From positions 25,410 through 89,409 of the forward strand of contig CANOLZ010000001.1 in assembly GCA_947567075.1 (NCBI GenBank): DNA of 64,000 bases, in the 5' to 3' direction. Under the pieces are notes generated by a model, which made no database searches, was not told the DNA's origin, and saw only the letters and a program-made list of their open reading frames with translations. This stretch comes from an uncultured bacterium. GTDB taxonomy: Bacteria; Bacillota; Clostridia; Lachnospirales; Lachnospiraceae. The position numbers and the translations under genes are program-made. Of the stretch, positions 46,430 through 55,564 are shown piece after piece (position 1 is the first letter of the stretch; each line of letters starts with the position of its first letter).

Positions 46430-46669
46430 TCCTTAGACTGGAAAGACTATGGGGTGGATTCCATCGTTAATACGGTATGTAACCATAAACATTTAGGAAA
46501 GGGATCGATTATCCTTTGTCACAATGGAGCCAAATATACAGCTCAGGCACTGGAATCGGTCATTACAGGGCTTCAGGAAAAAGGGTACCAGATTGTGCCT
46601 ATTTCCCAGCTCATTTATAAAGATAATTATCATATGGATCATGAAGGACGTCAGGTGAAAAATATTTGA
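46424..46669 (+). CDS. 3' segment of the split PdaB-like NodB deacetylase gene
   Basis: (V)DSLDWKDYGVDSIVNTVCNHKHLGKGSIILCHNGAKYTAQALESVITGLQEKGYQIVPISQLI aligns residue-for-residue with the C-terminus of 46805-47836. Confidence 0.85.
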   Translation: MDSLDWKDYGVDSIVNTVCNHKHLGKGSIILCHNGAKYTAQALESVITGLQEKGYQIVPISQLIYKDNYHMDHEGRQVKNI

Positions 46670-46684
46670 GACTGAAAAATTAGA

Positions 46685-46713
46685 TTGTCTGGAAAAAGAG
46701 ATAATAGTATAAT
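46685..46713 (+). promoter_or_regulatory. Sigma-A-like promoter of the intact deacetylase paralogue
   Basis: TTGTCT (46685-46690), a 17-nt spacer, then TATAAT (46708-46713). Confidence 0.45.
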
Positions 46714-46804
46714 GGGATAAGAATCTTGTCCAGAGAGGATAGAAAGAGGACTAATCAATATAAATCTGGAGAATAAAAAGAATACAAAGAAGGGAAGAGA
46801 AGAG

Positions 46805-47836
46805 ATGGACGAAAGAAGAAGGAGAAGAAGATTACAAAAAGCAAGGAAAAAGAGAAAAAAGAAAATAATTTTATTTTCTACAGTGGCTTGTCTGCTTCTA
46901 GGAACGGCAGCCCTTGTGGTGAGCTGCCGTACAACAGAAGCCTCTTTGGATAATGACAGGCCTGAGACTGTGCCAGACGTTGCCAGGGTAACCTCAGACG
47001 CCGTGAAAAAAGAAACAGAAGTTCAAGATGGGAACAGTGGGCTGCCTGTTAGCCCTGAACCAGTTTCTTCTCCCTTAGCCCCTCCTGTAGAAGAAGGAGA
47101 TAATCAAGAGACAGAGAAGCAGAATGAAAGTATAGTTAGCTCTTCTGTTTTTCCTGAGGCAGTGGGAGGAACTTATACAGTAAATGGAAGGGAACTTCCA
47201 ATTTATTGTGTGGAGACAGAGGAGAAAAAAGTAGCTTTAAGTTTTGACGCAGCCTGGGGAAATGAGGATACCGTTCAGATTTTAGACATATTAAGAAAGT
47301 ACAATATAAAAACGACTTTCTTTATGACAGGGGAGTGGGTATCAAAGTTTCCTGAGGATGTGAAGGCGCTTTTGGCAGATGGACATGATTTAGGAAACCA
47401 TGGTGAAAATCATAAAAACATGTCCCAGCTTTCTGATGCAGAGAATAAGGAAGAAATCATGGCTGTACATAACAGAGTAAAGGAATTGACAGGGTATGAG
47501 ATGCGTTTATTCCGTCCGCCTTATGGAGATTATGACAGTGAAGTAGTCACAAGTGCAAAGGAATGCGGTTATTATACAATTCAGTGGGATGTGGATTCCC
47601 TGGATTGGAAAAATTTTGGAGTAGATTCTATTATTGATACAGTATGCAATCACAAAAGTTTAGGAAACGGCTCCATCATTCTCTGCCATAATGGAGCTCA
47701 ATATACCGCACTGGCTTTAGAGTCTTTAATTACAGGGCTTCAGGAGAAGGGATATGAAATTGTTCCTATCTCTGAACTTATTATGAAAGAGAATTTTCAT
47801 TTAAATGCAATAGGACGTCAAATAAAAGACTCTTAA
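46805..47836 (+). CDS. NodB-family polysaccharide deacetylase (PdaB-like), intact paralogue
   Basis: Basic N-terminus, a TM segment and a P/S/E-rich linker, then the NodB core ELPIYCVETEEKKVALSFDAAWGNEDT, GNHGENH, FRPPYGDYD and ILCHNG. Confidence 0.88.
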   Translation: MDERRRRRRLQKARKKRKKKIILFSTVACLLLGTAALVVSCRTTEASLDNDRPETVPDVARVTSDAVKKETEVQDGNSGLPVSPEPVSSPLAPPVEEGDNQETEKQNESIVSSSVFPEAVGGTYTVNGRELPIYCVETEEKKVALSFDAAWGNEDTVQILDILRKYNIKTTFFMTGEWVSKFPEDVKALLADGHDLGNHGENHKNMSQLSDAENKEEIMAVHNRVKELTGYEMRLFRPPYGDYDSEVVTSAKECGYYTIQWDVDSLDWKNFGVDSIIDTVCNHKSLGNGSIILCHNGAQYTALALESLITGLQEKGYEIVPISELIMKENFHLNAIGRQIKDS

Positions 47837-47886
47837 TTAGGGGATATGAGTTAATAATCATTAAGTAAAGGCAGGGAAAGGAAAAG

Positions 47887-49899
47887 ATGGCAGGAGAAAA
47901 GAGAAAAAGCCATGGAATGGGGAGAAAAAAAGAAAATAAAAAAATCAGGGGGAAAATTACAAATAATGTAATTTTGCTCTTAGTCTTAGCCTGTGTTTTA
48001 TTAGGGGCATCCACATGTATTATGAATTATCGGACAGCAATGGACACACTGACAGACAGTATGACAGAGATAGTATCCGTAGCTTCCACAAGAGTTACAA
48101 AAGAATTGGAGCAGTATATAGATGCTGCCGCCGATCTGGGAACTATGGTAAGGATAGCCGATGAAAATGTATCCTTAGAGGAAAAGGAAGCTTTGATTTT
48201 AGATATGAAGGAGAGCCATGGTTATGTGAGCGGGGATATTATAGACAGAAATGGAAATATGCTTCTTTCAGGAATGAGTGCATCAGACGAAATGTATTTT
48301 CAGGAAGCATTAAAGGGAAACCATTACATTAGTAATCCCCAAATAAGCCAGAGTTCCGGAGAACTCGTTGTGATTACGTCAGCTCCTATTTGGAAAGATG
48401 GAGTGATAAATTCAGAAATCATAGGAGTTGTGGCTGTGTCTGTTCCAGTGGGGGTGCTAAGTAATATTACAGATTCCATTCGAATTGGGGAAAGGGGAAG
48501 CTCTTTTATTTTAGATTCCAATGGGGTAACTATTGCCCATGATGACCAGACTTTAGTAGGGGTGGAAAACATACAGGAACAGGCAAAGTCCGATAAAGGT
48601 TTAGAAAATATTGCAAAGATGCATAAAAGAATGACTATGGGAGAGACAGGGGTTGTTTCTTATAGATATGGGGGAATTGGAAAAATTGCAGCCTTTACTC
48701 CCATTGATAAGACGCCAGGATGGAGCGTGGCCACAACAGCAAGAAAATTTGAGTTTATGACAAATTTTTATGTCTCCCTCATGATTACTATAGCATCGGT
48801 TATACTGTTTATTATTATTGGAATTCGTCTTGCTGCAAAACTTGGAAAGTCTATTGCGGATCCTATTGAAATGTGTGTGGACAGACTCCAGGCATTGGCA
48901 GAGGGAGACTTAACAACAAAGGTAGAGATCTTTCAAACAGGAGATGAGACAGAGACATTGTCCAGAGCTCTAGATACAACCATTCGACAGTTAAAAGAAG
49001 CTATCGGAGATGTGGATTTTCATTTAGCGGCTATTTCAGAAGGAGATTTGAGAAAGGAAGTGACAAAACACTACCAAGGTGATTTAGGTGCTTTAAAATC
49101 TTCCATGACGAAAATTACAAGTTCCTTAAGTGATGTATTAGGGGAAATAGAAGATTCATCTGGGACGGTTATGCAAGGATCCCAAAATTTATCCAATGCC
49201 TCCCAGTCTTTAGCAGATGGAGCCACAGATCAGGCAAGTTCTGTTCAAGAATTGACAGCAACGATTAATTCTATTGAAGAGAAACTTCAGGGAACAGAAA
49301 GAAACACAGAGATAGCCCAAGAGAAGGTTCAGTATGTAATGGAGGAAATTACAAGAAGTAAGGAGCAGATGGACGAATTAAGCAAGGCTATGGACTCCAT
49401 TGAAAAGACATCATCGGACATTGAGAATATTATCCATACGATTACCAATATATCAGAACAGACAAATCTTTTAGCTCTCAACGCTTCTATTGAGGCAGCT
49501 AGGGCAGGAGAGGCAGGAAAAGGATTTGCCGTTGTTGCAAATGAAGTAGGTTCCCTAGCAGCAAGCAGTGCAGATGCTGCCAAAAACACAGCAGAACTCA
49601 TTCAAAGTTCCCTTATGGCAGTAAAAAATGGGACAAAATTAACAGGCGGTACAGTAGAAGCGTTGCAAAATGTTGTATCTGGAGCTGTAGAGGTTGAGGA
49701 GATTATAAGACATATTACAATGGCAAGCAGGGATCAGACAAAGGAGATTGCCCAAGTTTCCAAGACAATTGAGCAAATTTCGAGCATTGTTGAAAGCAAT
49801 GCAGCAGCGGCACAAGAATGTGCAGCTTCTAGTGAACAGTTATCAGCAGAAGCAATAAACTTAAATAATCAAGTTGGCAAGTTCCAGGTAAAGAACTGA
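47887..49899 (+). CDS. Methyl-accepting chemotaxis protein (Cache-type sensor, HAMP)
   Basis: Two TM segments flank an extracytoplasmic domain. It has a HAMP domain and the conserved signalling hairpin [31 protein letters not shown]. Confidence 0.9.
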   Translation: MAGEKRKSHGMGRKKENKKIRGKITNNVILLLVLACVLLGASTCIMNYRTAMDTLTDSMTEIVSVASTRVTKELEQYIDAAADLGTMVRIADENVSLEEKEALILDMKESHGYVSGDIIDRNGNMLLSGMSASDEMYFQEALKGNHYISNPQISQSSGELVVITSAPIWKDGVINSEIIGVVAVSVPVGVLSNITDSIRIGERGSSFILDSNGVTIAHDDQTLVGVENIQEQAKSDKGLENIAKMHKRMTMGETGVVSYRYGGIGKIAAFTPIDKTPGWSVATTARKFEFMTNFYVSLMITIASVILFIIIGIRLAAKLGKSIADPIEMCVDRLQALAEGDLTTKVEIFQTGDETETLSRALDTTIRQLKEAIGDVDFHLAAISEGDLRKEVTKHYQGDLGALKSSMTKITSSLSDVLGEIEDSSGTVMQGSQNLSNASQSLADGATDQASSVQELTATINSIEEKLQGTERNTEIAQEKVQYVMEEITRSKEQMDELSKAMDSIEKTSSDIENIIHTITNISEQTNLLALNASIEAARAGEAGKGFAVVANEVGSLAASSADAAKNTAELIQSSLMAVKNGTKLTGGTVEALQNVVSGAVEVEEIIRHITMASRDQTKEIAQVSKTIEQISSIVESNAAAAQECAASSEQLSAEAINLNNQVGKFQVKN

Positions 49900-49915
49900 T
49901 AAAGGAGAGTGCTTA

Positions 49916-50899
49916 ATGGGAAAGAAAGTATTAGTGACAGGGGCGGATGGATTTATCGGAAGCCATTTAACAGAGACTTTATTGGAGGCTGGATATGATG
50001 TAAAGGCATTTGTTTATTATAATTCGTTTAACCGCTGGGGATGGCTTGACTCTTTTCCAATTGAAAAGCTGCAGGAAATTGAAATCGTTACAGGAGATAT
50101 CAGAGACCCTAATGGGGTCTCTGAAGCTATGGCTAGAATAGATATGGTGTTCCATTTGGCAGCCTTAGTAGCAATTCCTTTCAGTTATTATTCACCAGAT
50201 TCTTATGTGGATACAAATATAAAGGGAACGTTAAATGTACTTCAGGCAGGGAGAAAATTTGAAACAGAGAGAATAATGATCACTTCCACGTCAGAAGTTT
50301 ATGGAAGTGCCCAGTATACTCCCATTGATGAAAACCATCCCTTTCAGGGACAATCCCCTTATTCTGCTACGAAAATAGGGGCTGACAGGCTGGCAGAAAG
50401 TTTTTACCGAAGCTTTGGCATGCCTATATCCATTGTTCGTCCTTTTAACACATATGGACCAAGGCAGTCAGCCAGGGCGGTAATTCCTACAATTATTTCC
50501 CAGCTTCTCTCTGGAAAAAAGGAAATTAAGCTTGGATCCTTATCTCCCACAAGAGATTTTAATTATGTAAAGGACACAGCAGAAGGATTTTTAGCCATTG
50601 CCCAGTCGGAAAATACAATTGGAGAAGAAATTAATATTGCGACCCAGCAGGAAATTTCCATTGGGGAACTGGCTGGAGAAATAATTTCTCAAATTAATCC
50701 AGAAGCAAAAGTTATATGTGAAAAAAAACGTCTGCGTCCAGAGAAAAGCGAGGTGAACAGACTCCTGGGAGCAAATGGAAAAATAAAGGAGTTGACAGGA
50801 TGGAGTCCCAAATATTCTTTACAAAGAGGGATAAGAGAAACGATCCAATGGATGGAGCAAAATATGGAAGCCTATAAAGCAGACATATATAATGTTTAA
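49916..50899 (+). CDS. NAD-dependent sugar-nucleotide 4,6-dehydratase (LegB-like SDR)
   Basis: VTGADGFIGSH Rossmann motif, catalytic SPYSATKIGAD (YxxxK), and ...YKADIYNV at the C-terminus. From memory it closely resembles the LegB subgroup. Context includes NeuB/NeuA-family genes. Confidence 0.75.
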   Translation: MGKKVLVTGADGFIGSHLTETLLEAGYDVKAFVYYNSFNRWGWLDSFPIEKLQEIEIVTGDIRDPNGVSEAMARIDMVFHLAALVAIPFSYYSPDSYVDTNIKGTLNVLQAGRKFETERIMITSTSEVYGSAQYTPIDENHPFQGQSPYSATKIGADRLAESFYRSFGMPISIVRPFNTYGPRQSARAVIPTIISQLLSGKKEIKLGSLSPTRDFNYVKDTAEGFLAIAQSENTIGEEINIATQQEISIGELAGEIISQINPEAKVICEKKRLRPEKSEVNRLLGANGKIKELTGWSPKYSLQRGIRETIQWMEQNMEAYKADIYNV

Positions 50900-50956
50900 C
50901 AGCAGAGAGATTAGAAACTTTTTGCTCTTAATGGGGAAGGACAAAATCAGAAAGGC

Positions 50957-52033
50957 ATGAGTATCATGATGAATAAAAAAACGGATGCAGATATATCAAA
51001 GTTTATTATTTCTGGTACAGTGACAGTAATGGAGGCATTAAAAAGGATTGACTTAAATGGTCATGGCGTTGTTTTTATTTATGAAGACGATAAAATGACA
51101 GGAGTTGTCTCAGACGGAGACATTCGAAGGCATATATTAAAAAATGGAAATTTGAATGTGGAAGTGAGAGAAATTGCAAATGGGGCTCCTCAGTTTATAC
51201 GCCATGGCAGTGATGTGAATGTGCAGGACTATATTAGACAAAACCGAATAACAGCATTGCCCGTTTTAGATGATAAGGGAAAAATCGTAAGAATTGAGTT
51301 TGATAATAGAGGAAAAATATATCGTCATTTGGATATTCATGTTCCTGTTGTCATAATGGCAGGAGGGAAGGGGACAAGACTTGCCCCTTTTACAAATATA
51401 TTGCCAAAACCATTAATTCCAATTGGAGATAAAACGATAACAGAACATATTATAGACCGTTTTCAAAGATTTGGCTGTAATAAGTTTCATATGATTGTAA
51501 ATTACAGGAAAAATTTTATTAAAACTTACTTTACTGAGCAGGAAAATTCCCCAGAATTATTTTTTATAGAAGAATCTAAATTTCAGGGAACTGGAGGAGG
51601 GATAAAACTGCTGGAAGGGAAAATAGAGGAAACGTTCTTTTTGACAAATTGTGATATTTTAGTAGATGAAGACTATTCTTCCATTTTAGATTATCATAAG
51701 GAAAAGAAAAATATCATTACCTTGGTGTGTGCGACAAAAAATATAGAAATTCCATATGGCACAGTCCAAGTTTCCCATGAGGGCAGGGTGACAGGCTTTC
51801 AAGAAAAGCCCAGCTTTCATTTTCTGACAAACACAGGATTTTATGTAATAGAACCAGAGTTTTTTCGTTTGATTCATAAAGATGAAAGGATAGACATGAC
51901 AGACTTAATCCAAAAGTGCATTGATCAAGGAAGGGAAGTAGGTGTATATCCTATTACGGAAAACAGCTGGATGGATATGGGACAGCTTAAGGAGCTGGAA
52001 AATATGAGAATACGCCTTGGCTATATGGATTAA
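50957..52033 (+). CDS. CBS-domain sugar-1-phosphate nucleotidyltransferase (PtmE-like)
   Basis: N-terminal CBS pair and an NTP-transferase motif IMAGGKGTRLAPFT. The start may instead be the ATG at 50966 or 50969. Confidence 0.8.
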   Translation: MSIMMNKKTDADISKFIISGTVTVMEALKRIDLNGHGVVFIYEDDKMTGVVSDGDIRRHILKNGNLNVEVREIANGAPQFIRHGSDVNVQDYIRQNRITALPVLDDKGKIVRIEFDNRGKIYRHLDIHVPVVIMAGGKGTRLAPFTNILPKPLIPIGDKTITEHIIDRFQRFGCNKFHMIVNYRKNFIKTYFTEQENSPELFFIEESKFQGTGGGIKLLEGKIEETFFLTNCDILVDEDYSSILDYHKEKKNIITLVCATKNIEIPYGTVQVSHEGRVTGFQEKPSFHFLTNTGFYVIEPEFFRLIHKDERIDMTDLIQKCIDQGREVGVYPITENSWMDMGQLKELENMRIRLGYMD

Positions 52034-52056
52034 ATGCTTGAAGAAAGGACATGGTG

Positions 52057-52965
52057 ATGAAGTTGAAAATAGGCTATTTTGCAGATGGACCTTGGGCCCA
52101 TGAGGCATTGAACAGGCTAAAAGGAGATAGGGAGATTGAAATATTGTTTATTTGTGTCAGATACGATAAGAAGGATGAAGTTCTTGTAAAATATGCACAG
52201 GAATATGGAATCGACCTCCTTATGGATCCAAATATAAATTCAGAGGAATTTTTGAAAAAACTAATGGAATACAAGGCAGATTTATTTGTGTCCATGTCTT
52301 TTAATCAAATTTTTAAGGAAAAAATAATAAAAATGCCTCCAAGGGGGATTATAAACTGTCATGCAGGTAAACTGCCTTTTTATAGGGGGAGGAATGTACT
52401 CAATTGGGTTCTTATCAATGATGAGAAAGAATTTGGCATTACAGTTCACTATGTGGATACGGGCATTGACACAGGGGACATTATTTTACAGGAAACCTAC
52501 CCTATTACTGATGAGGACAATTATAAAACATTGTTAGAGAGAGCCTATCTAGGATGTGGAGATGTTTTATACAGGGCAATACGGATGTTGATCGATGGCA
52601 AGGAAGAGGTGATTGTCCAGGATAGTATTGATAAGGTGGGGTTTTATTGTGGAATGAGGGTAGAAGGGGACGAGATGATAGATTGGAGCTTAACAAGCAG
52701 AGAAGTTTTTAACTTTGTTAGGGCTATTTGTCTGCCAGGACCTGAGGCTAGAACTTTTTTAAAAGGAAAGGAAATGAAAATTAATAAGGTGAAGATGGTA
52801 GAAGGAGCAAGACCTTATCAATGTATATGCGGTATGGTTGTGGGAAAAACAGACAGGGGATTTTATGTAAAAACAGGGGATACTATAGTAGAGGTCACAG
52901 AATATTCTTATGAGGGCAGGGTTCCCATTGGAAGCAGACTATGTCAGAACGGAGGGGTGAAATGA
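52057..52965 (+). CDS. Formyltransferase (Fmt/ArnA-N-like sugar N-formyltransferase candidate)
   Basis: Formyl_trans_N motifs INCHAGKLPFYRGRN and HYVDTGIDTGDII, plus a C-terminal Fmt-like domain. Confidence 0.8.
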   Translation: MKLKIGYFADGPWAHEALNRLKGDREIEILFICVRYDKKDEVLVKYAQEYGIDLLMDPNINSEEFLKKLMEYKADLFVSMSFNQIFKEKIIKMPPRGIINCHAGKLPFYRGRNVLNWVLINDEKEFGITVHYVDTGIDTGDIILQETYPITDEDNYKTLLERAYLGCGDVLYRAIRMLIDGKEEVIVQDSIDKVGFYCGMRVEGDEMIDWSLTSREVFNFVRAICLPGPEARTFLKGKEMKINKVKMVEGARPYQCICGMVVGKTDRGFYVKTGDTIVEVTEYSYEGRVPIGSRLCQNGGVK

Positions 52966-53804
52966 AGGTAGCCTTTGGAAGCACCATTTATAAAGAAGGA
53001 TTACAGTATGCAGATGAATTTTCAGCTTCTATTAATGCCCAAACATATAAGGATTTTGATGTGCTTCTGATCAATGATAATTTGACACAAGAGGAAGGGG
53101 AAAACATTTGCCGTAAGTTTCATAACCCATCCTTTCTCATACCTAGTGAGGGCCATACGATCTATGAGACAAGAACCTTTCTGTTAGAAGAAGCTAGAAG
53201 ACGAGGGTATGAACTTCTAGTCATTGGAGATTTTGACGATTGCTTTTCGGAAAAAAGAATAGAGAATATTGCAAAGGCAGTTTGTCCCCAGTATACATTT
53301 TATTATCATGACTTAAGTGATTTTTCAGGAAACCTCCATTTTAAAAAAATGCCTCCTACAACAGAAGATGTTTCCATGATTTTAGAATACAATTACCTAG
53401 GAATGGGAAACACAGCCATATGTGTACAACAATTAAAAGAAGACTTTTTGAAAACCATATATGAGGGGAATACCAAAGTTTTTGACTGGTATTTGTATAC
53501 AAGAATTTTGGCAGAGGGACATAAGGGTAAATTTGTGCCCCATACAAATACTTACTATCGAATTCACGAAAGAAACCTAGCAGGTTCCATTGCTGAGACG
53601 AAAGAGAGCGTCAGAAAAGAAATACAGGTGAAACTGGAGCATTATCGTCTTTTGGAAAAAAGGATGCCAGAATTAAGAAGTTGGATAGAAGGTTACAAAA
53701 TGTTAGAGGAACAACTGAAAAAAGGGCTTTCCATAAGTACCACAAGGATGAGAAAGGGCTATTGGTGGGAACTACTGGAAAATCCAAAAAAGGGAGAAGA
53801 GTGA
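52962..53804 (+). CDS. GT-A-like glycosyltransferase-family protein (weak call)
   Basis: FDVLLINDN and IGDFDDCF (DxD-like) suggest a GT-A fold. There is no stronger signature. Confidence 0.45.
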   Translation: MKVAFGSTIYKEGLQYADEFSASINAQTYKDFDVLLINDNLTQEEGENICRKFHNPSFLIPSEGHTIYETRTFLLEEARRRGYELLVIGDFDDCFSEKRIENIAKAVCPQYTFYYHDLSDFSGNLHFKKMPPTTEDVSMILEYNYLGMGNTAICVQQLKEDFLKTIYEGNTKVFDWYLYTRILAEGHKGKFVPHTNTYYRIHERNLAGSIAETKESVRKEIQVKLEHYRLLEKRMPELRSWIEGYKMLEEQLKKGLSISTTRMRKGYWWELLENPKKGEE

Positions 53805-53811
53805 GGAAGAG

Positions 53812-54855
53812 ATGTTCGAATATGAAAAGTTAAAGGGCTGTGTAAAGCCCTATATCATTGCTGAGCTTGGGTCCAACCATAATGGAGATATGGAATTGGC
53901 AAAGAACATGATCGCAAAGGCTAAGGAATGTGGGGCAGACTGTATGAAACTTCAGTCTTGGACAAAAGATGTATTATTTTCCAGAAAAGTATATGAAGAT
54001 AATTATTTCCTGAAAGATGATTACAGAAACAGAACCGATTATACCCTAGAGGAAATTGTAGAGAAGTTCAGCATTGACCAGGAAGATCATTATGTTCTTT
54101 GGAAATACTGTAAAGAAATAGGAATAGACTTTAACTCCACCCCCTTTAATGAGGAGGAGACAGATCTTCTGGTGGATGAATTGGACGTTCCTTTTATAAA
54201 AATTGCATCCATGGATTTAAATAATCTTCCTTTTTTAAGCTATGTAGCAAAAAAAGGGAAGCCTGTTGTACTTAGCACAGGACTATGCGGTTTATCGGAG
54301 ATTAACGATGCAGTGCTATGTCTGGAGGAAAATGGATGCCATCAAATTGTTTTACTCCACTGTGTTTCCATATATCCTCCTGAAGACGATCAAGTAAATT
54401 TAAACAATATGGATATGTTAAGGGATAATTTTGGTTATCCTGTAGGCTATTCGGATCATACCTTTGGTACGGTAGCTCCTATTCTTTCCGTTGCAAAAGG
54501 GGCATGTATAATTGAAAAGCATTTTACACTAGACAAGGAGATGTTTGGCTGGGATCACAAAATTTCAGCAGATCCAGGGGAATTGAAAGAAATTGTGGAT
54601 CAAGTTTCCATAGCTTACAAAATGCTAGGCTCTTACCGGAGAATTGTAAATGAAAGTCAGGAAAGAAAGGACGCCTTTCAGAGGAGTATTATTGCTGCAA
54701 AGGAAATAAAAAAAGGTCAGGTGATAAAAAAGGAGGATTTGACCTTTAAACGCCCGGGAACAGGAATTCCCCCTAAATATGTGGATTTTATTATTGGAAA
54801 AGAAGCAAAGAGGGATATTTCTTATGATTCCATAGTGAAAATGGAGGATTTTTAA
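53812..54855 (+). CDS. Nonulosonic acid synthase (NeuB/LegI/PseI family)
   Basis: IIAELGSNHNGD, a TIM-barrel NeuB core and a C-terminal SAF domain (IKKGQVIKKEDLTFKRPGTGI). Confidence 0.88.
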   Translation: MFEYEKLKGCVKPYIIAELGSNHNGDMELAKNMIAKAKECGADCMKLQSWTKDVLFSRKVYEDNYFLKDDYRNRTDYTLEEIVEKFSIDQEDHYVLWKYCKEIGIDFNSTPFNEEETDLLVDELDVPFIKIASMDLNNLPFLSYVAKKGKPVVLSTGLCGLSEINDAVLCLEENGCHQIVLLHCVSIYPPEDDQVNLNNMDMLRDNFGYPVGYSDHTFGTVAPILSVAKGACIIEKHFTLDKEMFGWDHKISADPGELKEIVDQVSIAYKMLGSYRRIVNESQERKDAFQRSIIAAKEIKKGQVIKKEDLTFKRPGTGIPPKYVDFIIGKEAKRDISYDSIVKMEDF

Positions 54856-54858
54856 CTT

Positions 54859-55554
54859 ATGATATGTCTCATACCTGCAAGGGGAGGTTCCAAGGAACTT
54901 CCTGGAAAAAACTGCAAAATATTAAGGGGGAAACCTTTAATTGCCTATACTATTGAAGCGGCAAAAAGGGCGAAAAGCTTATCAAGAATTATTGTAACAA
55001 CAGATAGCAGGGAAATTGCAGAGATTGCCAGAGAATATGGGGCGGAAACCCCTTTTTTGCGTCCAGCTCATTTAGCAAAAGACAATTCCATGGCAATGGA
55101 TGCCTATATTCATGCCATAGAGTTTTTGGAAAGAGAGGAAGGAATTCAAACGGAAAAATTTGTAGTTCTTCTTCCAACAGCTCCTTTGAGGGATGAAAAG
55201 GATATTGACGAAGCAGTGGAATTTTTTAAAAAGCAAAGGGCAGATGCATTAGTGTCGGTAAAGGTGGCAGATATACCTCCTAGCTTGTACTTTAGAATGA
55301 ATGACAAGGGAAGAATTTTCAACGGAGGTTTTGGCTCTGCAAAGCCAGTTGACAACCGTCAGGCAGAGGAGACCTTTTATATTCCCAATGGAGCTATTTA
55401 TATTTTAGACTATAAATGGCTGAAGGAAAAGAGAACCTATTATTCCCATAATACCATTCCTTATATTATGCCAAAGGAAAAATCTGTAGACGTTGATGAC
55501 GCTATTGATTTTTCCTTTGTTGAATTTTTGATGGAAGGACAGGAAAAAAAGTAG
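54859..55554 (+). CDS. Acylneuraminate-type cytidylyltransferase (NeuA/LegF/PseF family)
   Basis: ICLIPARGGSKELPGKN and LLPTAPLR are motifs of CMP-nonulosonate synthetases. Confidence 0.85.
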   Translation: MICLIPARGGSKELPGKNCKILRGKPLIAYTIEAAKRAKSLSRIIVTTDSREIAEIAREYGAETPFLRPAHLAKDNSMAMDAYIHAIEFLEREEGIQTEKFVVLLPTAPLRDEKDIDEAVEFFKKQRADALVSVKVADIPPSLYFRMNDKGRIFNGGFGSAKPVDNRQAEETFYIPNGAIYILDYKWLKEKRTYYSHNTIPYIMPKEKSVDVDDAIDFSFVEFLMEGQEKK

Positions 55555-55564
55555 ACGAGAAGAG

